Of a stretch of 64,000 bases of DNA, positions 19,882-27,448 are shown piece by piece. The translations under genes and the position numbers were made by a program. Source of the stretch: a virus. The notes under the pieces are model-generated. The model saw nothing but the letters and a program-made list of their open reading frames with translations, was not told the origin of the DNA and searched no databases. The first letter of the stretch is position 1. Every line of letters begins with the position of its first letter. The DNA is taken from positions 32,001 to 96,000 of IMG/VR virus record IMGVR_UViG_3300010354_000045. One strand, written 5' to 3'.

Positions 19882-20108
19882 GCCTAATTAGTCTTTCACC
19901 CGGTGAAATAGAAGAAAAACTAGTTAGGCTAGATCAAGAAGTTAAAAAATTTAAAGAAGAATTATTTCGACTTACTTGGTACATGCGAGGCGGGGTAAGT
20001 ATAAATGATTTATTATTTGTATACACCTATGATGATAGGCAAGCAATTTATACTGTAGTACAAGAAAATTTTGAGTTAACTAAAGAAACTCGAATGCCTT
20101 TACTTTAA
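19869..20108 (+). CDS. Unannotated -1-frame ORF; probable frameshift extension of gp26 (gp51/gpT-like)
   Basis: 79 sense codons: FFRLSLISLSPGEIEEKLVRLDQEVKKFKEELFRLTWYMRGGVSINDLLFVYTYDDRQAIYTVVQENFELTKETRMPLL. Opens on T TTT TTC; first ATG is at 19983. Confidence 0.75.
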   Translation, partial: FFRLSLISLSPGEIEEKLVRLDQEVKKFKEELFRLTWYMRGGVSINDLLFVYTYDDRQAIYTVVQENFELTKETRMPLL

Positions 20109-21286
20109 CGGCCCCTATCTCCAACATAGCCAAAATCAACTTTTTTAGTTACTGGATCTTGTATAAACCCCGGTGCATAATAAACCCACTTGTCTCTAGG
20201 ACTTGGAGTTAATTTTGACGGATCTGGTTGATCTCCGATACGGGGTGTTGTTTGTCCGGCACCGGAAGCTGCATTTGCTGCATTTTGTGAAGACTGTCCA
20301 GGTCGTTGCGAACTAGGTGGTTCACTAGTTCCCCCAATGTCAGTTTTTGAATCATCTGCTGGCCTAGCACCTTGACCACTAGACGATGGTTGACTAGACG
20401 CACCAGCTGCTTGTGCAATTTTAGCAGCTTCTTGGTCGTAGGTAGTTGTAAACATACTTAAGATCATATCTTCTAAAGTAGTTAAAAGAGGAGCAGCTCC
20501 TCTTTGAATTAAACCAGGAGGACATTTTCCTTCTTCAGCTGTTGTTGAACAAGCAAACCAATTTCCTATAGCTTTGGCATTTTCTTCGGAGTTGGCTAAA
20601 GTCATAAACATTGCCGCTAATACCTTATTTGGCAATTGAGTTTTTTCTTTCACCCATGCTCCTGCTCGTGTACTAAAAATCCCTATAGTTTTTGCAGCTA
20701 TAGCGGCAGGCATTTTTGCTAAAATACCAGTTCCTATTAATACTGTAACACGACCGGCTAATTTTGTAATCTGTTGATTTCTGTAGGCTTGGAAACTTTC
20801 AAGCATTTCTGGAGTAGGATTTTTTTCTAGTTCTTTTAATGCCCATTGCATATCTTGATAATAATCAATAAAGGGTTCTGCAAATGCATAGGCTATAGCA
20901 ACTCCGGATGTAGCGGAAACTAAATTTCTTACTATACTGCCTGTTTTTACTACACCTGATTTAGCTCCCGAAACAGCTGATGCTATAGAGGCACCTGCTC
21001 TCCTTAATCCGCTAGGAGCTCTAACTTTATTTGCTTGTTTAACAGCAGTATCTAATATACCAGGATTTTTTGCCACTAGCCTTTGTGCTTCAGGGCCTAA
21101 TCCTTTAGCAACAGCTTCTGCTTCGGCTCTTGTGGCAGGCCCTGCCCACTTGCCAGCAGAAACTAGCCCATCTTTAATAGCAGTAAGTAATTGTGATGAT
21201 TTAGTTCCAAAGAGACTTCCTAATGTTCTAGCGACTGCGCCATATTCATTTATTTGCTCTTTGTGAACGATGTCTAATATTTTCAT
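20105..21286 (-). CDS. Probable internal/ejected virion protein
   Basis: 393 aa; own late promoter; N-terminus MKILDIVHKEQINE; hydrophobic helices; low-complexity tail. Confidence 0.45.
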   Translation of the reverse strand: MKILDIVHKEQINEYGAVARTLGSLFGTKSSQLLTAIKDGLVSAGKWAGPATRAEAEAVAKGLGPEAQRLVAKNPGILDTAVKQANKVRAPSGLRRAGASIASAVSGAKSGVVKTGSIVRNLVSATSGVAIAYAFAEPFIDYYQDMQWALKELEKNPTPEMLESFQAYRNQQITKLAGRVTVLIGTGILAKMPAAIAAKTIGIFSTRAGAWVKEKTQLPNKVLAAMFMTLANSEENAKAIGNWFACSTTAEEGKCPPGLIQRGAAPLLTTLEDMILSMFTTTYDQEAAKIAQAAGASSQPSSSGQGARPADDSKTDIGGTSEPPSSQRPGQSSQNAANAASGAGQTTPRIGDQPDPSKLTPSPRDKWVYYAPGFIQDPVTKKVDFGYVGDRGR

Positions 21287-21302
21287 AGGAATCTCTTTTT
21301 GA

Positions 21303-21309
21303 TATTTAT
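21303..21309 (-). promoter_or_regulatory. Late promoter ATAAATA
   Basis: 16 nt upstream of ATG 21286. Confidence 0.6.
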
Positions 21310-21314
21310 CGAGA

Positions 21315-21800
21315 TTTAAAAGAAGAACTACGTTCTTCTGTTCTTCGCTATCGCTCGAACTTTTTTGTATTTTTAATGCGAAGCATTTAAATATTATCTA
21401 GATTGTTCAGTCACACTTAGCCCGTTAGGGCTAAGAAACATTATCTGAGTCGAACATGTCACACAGCGTTAGGACTATAAATGTTTGCTATTCTGTACAA
21501 AATAACACTATATTGTATAGAATAGTTAACATTATGCATAGGCGGTTGTCCGGTACCTACTCATCCCGTCTTATCACAACGGCAGGCCTGTACTGATACG
21601 CTATCATCTGTACAGCCGTTAGGGAGTTACCCTTCTTTTAGCCTTTTTAAAATTTTCCTGTATAGCAAATCCGGTTGTGTGTAGGCATATCCGAACATCG
21701 TCCTGTAAAGGATAGTTGCTATAAACTCACAACGGCGAGAGATTTCCTTACCCTGCGACATCACCAGGGATTCGGGCGCCCGAAATTAGCTGACGCTTGC
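21315..21800 (-). ncRNA. Large structured non-coding element (candidate ncRNA and/or replication origin)
   Basis: The only ~0.5-kb gap in the window. At least 10 helices can be read by eye. It starts at the GIY-YIG stop codon. Confidence 0.6.
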
Positions 21801-21801
21801 T

Positions 21802-22245
21802 TTAACCGTTTGATCGAGCCTGTGCTTGTTCTTGTAGGCGCTGCCTTAAGATGTTTGACCCACCAATTCTACAGTTGATAATACCGTTATAGTATTCGTC
21901 TGTTTCAAGAACTCTGCGTTCAAACTGTTCTCTTGCCTCTAGATATGACATTTCTGCCTTAGATTTGCAGTAATAAAGTATTTCTCTAGTAAATTTTTCC
22001 GGACCTAATGCGTGTACGTCTGCCTGTAGTTTGTCTGATGAGCCCCAATAATTTCGCCAATCGCTTTCGACGGTACTACGTCTTTTAAGTTTTTTGCCTT
22101 TGAGAGGAGGTCGTGTTTTTTTAAATTGGGCTAGTTTTTTGCCTATATATTTTTGTCCGGTTGTAAGGTTGGTAATAAGATAAACAAAGCCAATATAGCC
22201 TTCAGGAATTTCTTCTACTAATTGATTTTGATGTGTCCATGACAT
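21802..22245 (-). CDS. Stand-alone GIY-YIG endonuclease (T4 endonuclease II-like architecture)
   Basis: GFVYLITN...KYIGKK, YWGSS, F.REIL, catalytic-type E in YLEAREQ, YYN. No C-terminal DNA-binding module. Alternative GTG start at 22248. Confidence 0.85.
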   Translation of the reverse strand: MSWTHQNQLVEEIPEGYIGFVYLITNLTTGQKYIGKKLAQFKKTRPPLKGKKLKRRSTVESDWRNYWGSSDKLQADVHALGPEKFTREILYYCKSKAEMSYLEAREQFERRVLETDEYYNGIINCRIGGSNILRQRLQEQAQARSNG

Positions 22246-22248
22246 CAC

Positions 22249-22503
22249 TTATGTATTATCTTGAGACTGATCCTTCAGTTGTTTTTGAGCCTCTCGATAC
22301 TTTGGACTTTTTATTTTAGGTTTCTTTTTTCGTATTTCTAAAATTTCTTCCCTCATAGCCAAAGCAATGCGCCTTATTTCATATAGATGTTTTCTTAGCC
22401 TAATTCCGCTAGCATGTGATTCGTAGTTTTCCCATGTTTGATTTTCCTCAAAGTAGGCTCGAAACTCTTTCATCAATGCTTCATGTAAATGCCTAGTGGT
22501 CAT
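22249..22503 (-). CDS. Small basic helical protein, possibly Hc1-like nucleic-acid binder
   Basis: 84 aa; ASGIRLRKHLYEIRRIA..REEI resembles the AAGTRARK pattern; Lys-rich tail. Confidence 0.4.
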   Translation of the reverse strand: MTTRHLHEALMKEFRAYFEENQTWENYESHASGIRLRKHLYEIRRIALAMREEILEIRKKKPKIKSPKYREAQKQLKDQSQDNT

Positions 22504-24275
22504 TCTTCAATTTCTATGTCGTTAGCATAACTGGTAAAGCCATTTTCTTTGATAACTTTAAGTACATTATTAACTCGACCAATTAATTCATCTTTGTGAC
22601 TGATTAAGAAAACATTTTTCTTACGTTCACGTGATATTTTTTTAAGTACTGCTAAAGCGCTTTCAACACCGCTAGCATCTAAACCGTTATCAATTAATTC
22701 ATCAATAAACAATAGATTGATACCTTGATATAAACTTTCCCATACATCTCTAAATGCCCATGATAACGATAGTATTAACCTATTTCGTTCGCCCCGTGAC
22801 AAGTTGTCAAAATCTAAATCTTGACCAAGTTGCATAATTTCGACTGTTAAATCATTTAAGAACGTAACAGTATGTGGTAATCCCATTTTATCTAGATAAT
22901 AAGTTAGTCTATTGTTAAGATAAGCTAGGTTTTGATCAATAATCTTTTTACGAATAAAGCTATCTTTACTAGTTAATAACTTTAACAGAAATTCTTGATG
23001 ATCCTTGAGAGTAGTTAGTTCATTTATACTATCCCAAGATATCTCTTGCATAGCAGTATTACGAAGTTCATCAATTTGCTCTTGATAAGGGTCAGTCTCA
23101 CCTGCCTTAACAGTTAATTGTGTTTCAAGAGTTTGAATAGTATTTTGATGTTTTAATGCTTCTTCAACAGTATCGTAATAGGTAACAGGCCTGCCATTAA
23201 TGTCTCCTATTTCATCAAGTTCTGTAATAATTTTAGCTAGATCATTTGTGACTTTAGTTAGATATTTGTTAGCTTCATCGAGTTGCGACTGAGCAGTGCT
23301 AGTCATTTCTGTATGCTTGTGATCTTGTAGTTGCTGTTCACAAGCATGACATTTTTTATTAGCTAATTTTTCTAATTCACCTGCATATTTTTTAACAGTT
23401 CGTTCTGCTTGGGCTACTGCACTTTCTAAAGTAGCACGTTCTTTGTTTAGACTTTTTAATTTTGCCGCCTGTTCGTCATAAATTTTTAATTTTGCATGTG
23501 CATCTAATTCAACGGCAATGTCTACATTTTCAAGTTCGATAATTGCTCGACCTATTTTTTCTAAATCGTTATCTCGCTGAGTGTTCCATGCATTTTGTCT
23601 AATGATTAATGCATCGATACTTTGTTGAATCTTGTCGTTTGATTTTTTAGTAGCTTCTAAATTGGCAGTTTCTTGAGTGATTGCTTCTTTAGTTTGTCTA
23701 ATTAATTCTTTAAGAGTTTCTGCCTTTTCAGAAAGTAGGGTAATGCCTAACAATTGCTCAATTACAGCACGTTGATCTGCTGCTTTCATTGAAAGAAACG
23801 GTTCAGTGTAGGTATTAAGTGCAATAATATGCTTAAACATATCATGACTCATGCCTAACAAATCATCTAAATCTTTTTGTGTTTCTCTCATATCTCCTTG
23901 AGAGTCATCATTTTCTTCTGAAGTCTGCTCTTCGTTATTGACAAAGAACTTTAACACATTAGGTTTTCTTCCTCTTTCTATTCTATAATCAATGCCATTA
24001 TTTTCAAAAGTCAATGTTACTAACATATTTTTGTTGTTAATCTTATTAATAAGATTGTCTTTTTTAATGTTAGTAAGTGCATTACCAAACAGTGCATAAC
24101 TTAGTGCATTGACAATAGTAGTTTTACCAGTACCGTTACGAGCACCGCTGTCATCCCCTCCTTGGTCTAAATTTTCGCCTAGCACAAGTGTTAGATTTTC
24201 TTTGGCAAAATTAACAGCTTGAGTTTGATTGCCAACACTCATGAAATTTTTAACAGTTAATTCTTTTATTTTCAT
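22500..24275 (-). CDS. gp46: Recombination ATPase (gp46/Rad50/SbcC-like)
   Basis: KNFMSVGN, Walker A GARNGTGKT, zinc hook CHAC, signature LSRGE, Walker B LLFIDE, ISH. Confidence 0.95.
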   Translation of the reverse strand: MKIKELTVKNFMSVGNQTQAVNFAKENLTLVLGENLDQGGDDSGARNGTGKTTIVNALSYALFGNALTNIKKDNLINKINNKNMLVTLTFENNGIDYRIERGRKPNVLKFFVNNEEQTSEENDDSQGDMRETQKDLDDLLGMSHDMFKHIIALNTYTEPFLSMKAADQRAVIEQLLGITLLSEKAETLKELIRQTKEAITQETANLEATKKSNDKIQQSIDALIIRQNAWNTQRDNDLEKIGRAIIELENVDIAVELDAHAKLKIYDEQAAKLKSLNKERATLESAVAQAERTVKKYAGELEKLANKKCHACEQQLQDHKHTEMTSTAQSQLDEANKYLTKVTNDLAKIITELDEIGDINGRPVTYYDTVEEALKHQNTIQTLETQLTVKAGETDPYQEQIDELRNTAMQEISWDSINELTTLKDHQEFLLKLLTSKDSFIRKKIIDQNLAYLNNRLTYYLDKMGLPHTVTFLNDLTVEIMQLGQDLDFDNLSRGERNRLILSLSWAFRDVWESLYQGINLLFIDELIDNGLDASGVESALAVLKKISRERKKNVFLISHKDELIGRVNNVLKVIKENGFTSYANDIEIEE

Positions 24276-25285
24276 AGGCTATTATAAATTGCAAGCAATG
24301 TATTTTTGTCGTAGGTGTCGGAATCGATGTTTATGATTTGACTAGACACAATTTGATCAACACTTTCAAATGCTTGTATATCAATGTTTGTGTTAATTTC
24401 AACTTCTTTTCGTTCTGTGATTAAAGTAAGTTCTCGAATGTCATAGTCTTCGATAAATTTTTCTTTAATAAAACTTGCTTCTTCGTAAGTGATATCAATA
24501 TCTAGTGTAACACGTAGATGCTGTTTTGGTTTAATTAGTGTATCTGCTTCATCAATAAGTTGACTTAATTTTACAGTTCTAAATGTTGGTTGAGAATCCC
24601 AACTGTAAAATACAGGCTTTTTACCCCACTCAAGAATCATCATTCCTCGATCGTCATCCCATGCATCAGCATAGTTATGGGGAAAGGCATTGCCTATGTA
24701 ATGCATATTCTTTTTACTCTGTCGTTTATGAAAATGTCCACTAAACCCCATTTCATAATTTTGAAAAGCATCTAATTGTATCTCGCCGTGATCAGGCATT
24801 TGAACCATGGCGTTCATGTAAAAATGTGGTAATTCAAAGTGTCCAAATATGTATCTTGCTTTTGTTTTTCCTATAGCTTTCCACTCTTCGCCGACTAACC
24901 AAGGACACATAGTAACGTCACCTACAGTCATAGGCTTGTGAACAATGGTTATGCCGGGAATATATTTGCCAAACTCGACAGAGTGGATATCACGTTTATC
25001 TTTATAGTATAAATCATGATTACCTGGAAAAAAGAAAAACTGATCAAATGCTGCACCTAATTTTTCTAAAGCTCTAAGGCTATAGTCCATGGTGGTGATA
25101 TTAAGACTATTGCGATTATGGTGCCAGTCACCAAGGAAAATTCCTGTATCGCAACCTTCTTCCTTTGCTTTGGCAATGAACCAATCGACAAATTCTTCAC
25201 AGTCTTGATTATGTACTTGACTGTTAGATTTAAGACCGAAATGTATGTCTGTAAAACAGGCAACTTTTTTAAACAAATTAGTCAT
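24272..25285 (-). CDS. gp47: Recombination nuclease (gp47/Mre11/SbcD-like)
   Basis: TDIHFG, LGDWHH, PGNHD, GHFE, SGHFH. Start revised to ATG 25285. Confidence 0.95.
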   Translation of the reverse strand: MTNLFKKVACFTDIHFGLKSNSQVHNQDCEEFVDWFIAKAKEEGCDTGIFLGDWHHNRNSLNITTMDYSLRALEKLGAAFDQFFFFPGNHDLYYKDKRDIHSVEFGKYIPGITIVHKPMTVGDVTMCPWLVGEEWKAIGKTKARYIFGHFELPHFYMNAMVQMPDHGEIQLDAFQNYEMGFSGHFHKRQSKKNMHYIGNAFPHNYADAWDDDRGMMILEWGKKPVFYSWDSQPTFRTVKLSQLIDEADTLIKPKQHLRVTLDIDITYEEASFIKEKFIEDYDIRELTLITERKEVEINTNIDIQAFESVDQIVSSQIINIDSDTYDKNTLLAIYNSL

Positions 25286-26108
25286 CTCCGCCCTCAGAAT
25301 ATCTTCTAACAGCAGCTTCATGTTCGCCCTGTCCTGTTCTACTATAACTGGGATTCATACCGTTAATTTCTAAAATATCGTCTCTAATGTTTTGATTGCG
25401 TTTTTCAATGTTGATAACTCTAACGAATGAATTAGTGACAGCAGCAGTAAAGTAAGCAAAAGGATTATCAGATTTACTTTCATCGAATTGTAGTCCTATC
25501 TGTGTTAGTTGTAAAATTGCTTGGCCTTTCATTTCGTCGTTATAGGTATAACCACGCACGTTGCCTCTTGTGGCATAACGCTCGCAAAGTTTGATCATCA
25601 TTCTTGCTAGATTATTTGTAATTTGTCCAGCATCTTTGTCAAAATGTCCTTTTATAAGATCACCTTTCCAATGAGACTTTCCTACACACTCTAGTTCATC
25701 AGATTCATTAAATTTCCAATGCTGAAAAGGAGGAAAGTTAACTTTGTCTCTATGATCAGCTTGACTTTTAGGATTTTTCTTTCTGGTACTGTTCATAGGA
25801 ATATGATCGAAAGTCATAATCCTAAAGATTAAATCTGTCTTAGGAATTTTTTTGTAGTCTATTTCGCAGTCAGCTTGTTTGACTTTTTCGCCCGCGGATT
25901 TACGACGTTCATAGTCTTCTTGTCCCAATCGTTTGGCTCTATTGCGTTTAGCTTCTGCTATAGTCCTAATATTAATTTTTTCTAAACTTGGTAAGATAAT
26001 GTCGTATTGGTGATGTTCGGGTTGAGTAAAACTACAATACGAGCTTTTCGATTTATGTATTTCTGATAACATATCCTTGTTGTTTAGATAGTTTATTTTT
26101 GTAGTCAT
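25278..26108 (-). CDS. gp55: Late-transcription sigma factor (gp55-like)
   Basis: NYLNNKDML, RGYTYNDEM, FDESKSDNPFAYFT..SFVRVINIEK. Adjacent to gp47/gp46 as in T4-like phages. Confidence 0.9.
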   Translation of the reverse strand: MTTKINYLNNKDMLSEIHKSKSSYCSFTQPEHHQYDIILPSLEKINIRTIAEAKRNRAKRLGQEDYERRKSAGEKVKQADCEIDYKKIPKTDLIFRIMTFDHIPMNSTRKKNPKSQADHRDKVNFPPFQHWKFNESDELECVGKSHWKGDLIKGHFDKDAGQITNNLARMMIKLCERYATRGNVRGYTYNDEMKGQAILQLTQIGLQFDESKSDNPFAYFTAAVTNSFVRVINIEKRNQNIRDDILEINGMNPSYSRTGQGEHEAAVRRYSEGGDD

Positions 26109-26131
26109 CTAGATATTCCTATGCTTTAAAT

Positions 26132-26160
26132 ATTATAAAGTACGTACATTATAAAGTCAA
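26132..26160 (-). promoter_or_regulatory. Near-consensus sigma70 promoter for the gp55 operon
   Basis: TTGACT (26160-26155), 17-nt spacer, TATAAT (26137-26132); AGGA SD downstream. Confidence 0.8.
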
Positions 26161-26167
26161 ATAAATA
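26161..26167 (+). promoter_or_regulatory. Late promoter ATAAATA for the baseplate operon
   Basis: 23 nt upstream of ATG 26191. Confidence 0.65.
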
Positions 26168-26190
26168 ATGTACCAAAGAGGGAAACTATT

Positions 26191-27144
26191 ATGGCATTTA
26201 ATATTGGCCAAGGATTAAATTCAACAATAGGTGCTGCAACTAGTGCAGTGGGGGCGATCGGAAGTGCTTCAAACTTGTTGTCAAACATTCGTCTTGATTC
26301 AGCTGGCCTTACTAATATTGCCGAAGGTATCGGTGATATTGTTGACGCAGTTGCAGCGTTTGATGACGATAATGCTAATGATTGGCGTGTCAGGTTAAGT
26401 CTTCCTTCTAGGGCAGCATTTAGGCAAAGTCCAGTTTTTGCACCATTAAAGGATGCCGGGGGTTGTGTTTTTCCATATACTCCGTCAATTACCATCCAAT
26501 CAAGTGCTAATTATACTGCAATACCTACAGTTCATACAAATTACACTTTCCAAGCATATAAGAGCAGTGATCCAGGTTCAATCGGTATTACTGCACCAAT
26601 GTACGTAGAAGATCAAACACAAGGATTGTACTGGGTAGCTATGGTACATTATTTACGTAGCTTAACCAAAATGTTTAGCGGATCTGATCCTAAGGCAGGT
26701 AATCCACCGCCTATTGTTTTTCTAAATGGTTATGGAAACTATGTGTTTAAGAATGTCCCTGTGGTAGTAAAAGATATGAAAGTTACCATTGGTAATCAAT
26801 GTGATTATATTGGAGTTGAAGTAGTTGGATCAGCAGCAGGTGCAATTGAAGGAGTCTCCGATAGTTTAGGCGGACTCGCAGACACATTAGGTGGTGCCCT
26901 TCCTCAGTTATCGGGAATTACCAGCACTGTAAGTTCTATTGCAGGTGGTGTTGGCCAAGTAGCTGGCATTTTAGGTAGTTTAGGATTAGGCGGAAAAACT
27001 AGTGGCGGTATCACTCATGTTCCGACTAAGAGTGAATTCACAGTTACGTTAATGCCTGTTTACAGTAGAAACAGCGTCCGTAAATTTAGTCTTGAAAGAT
27101 TTGCTCAAGGCGGATATCTAAACAATCCATTTGGTTATATTTAA
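26191..27144 (+). CDS. Tail tube initiator/baseplate-tube junction protein (gp48/gp54-like)
   Basis: VFPYTPSI, GNPPPIVFLNGYG.YVFKNVPVVV, VPT motifs; first gene of the baseplate operon. Confidence 0.55.
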   Translation: MAFNIGQGLNSTIGAATSAVGAIGSASNLLSNIRLDSAGLTNIAEGIGDIVDAVAAFDDDNANDWRVRLSLPSRAAFRQSPVFAPLKDAGGCVFPYTPSITIQSSANYTAIPTVHTNYTFQAYKSSDPGSIGITAPMYVEDQTQGLYWVAMVHYLRSLTKMFSGSDPKAGNPPPIVFLNGYGNYVFKNVPVVVKDMKVTIGNQCDYIGVEVVGSAAGAIEGVSDSLGGLADTLGGALPQLSGITSTVSSIAGGVGQVAGILGSLGLGGKTSGGITHVPTKSEFTVTLMPVYSRNSVRKFSLERFAQGGYLNNPFGYI

Positions 27145-27147
27145 ATT

Positions 27148-27447
27148 ATGTCTACATATACATCAACAAGTCCTTGGTACTTAACAGAATTAAAACAAGA
27201 TTATTTAGATGTGCTGACTATTAGGCCAGTTAGTGCAGAACCTGATGATTATTTGTTTACAATAGTTCCTCAATATGCCTACAGGCCAGATTTATTAGCA
27301 CATGATTTATACGGTGAAGCAGGCCTGTGGTGGGTGTTTACTCAAAGAAATTTAGATGTACTACAAGATCCTATATTTGATTTTATTCCTGGTAAAAAAA
27401 TTTATTTGCCTAAACCGTCTAGTTTAAAAGAAGTGCTTGGATTATAA
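27148..27447 (+). CDS. gp53: Baseplate wedge LysM-like protein (gp53-like)
   Basis: YRPDLLAHDLYG..LWWVF..N..DPIFDF.PG..IYLP. Confidence 0.8.
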   Translation: MSTYTSTSPWYLTELKQDYLDVLTIRPVSAEPDDYLFTIVPQYAYRPDLLAHDLYGEAGLWWVFTQRNLDVLQDPIFDFIPGKKIYLPKPSSLKEVLGL

Positions 27448-27448
27448 T

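Noticed and set aside
21315-21800. Group I intron around the GIY-YIG gene (ATAGTCC resembles the S element)
   Set aside because: No upstream GACTA P7 partner or P/Q elements, and no interrupted host gene. Group II domain V, RNase P and tmRNA signatures were also not found.
21675-21878. 67-aa + strand ORF in the structured region
   Set aside because: No SD, atypical composition, and antisense to the nuclease gene.
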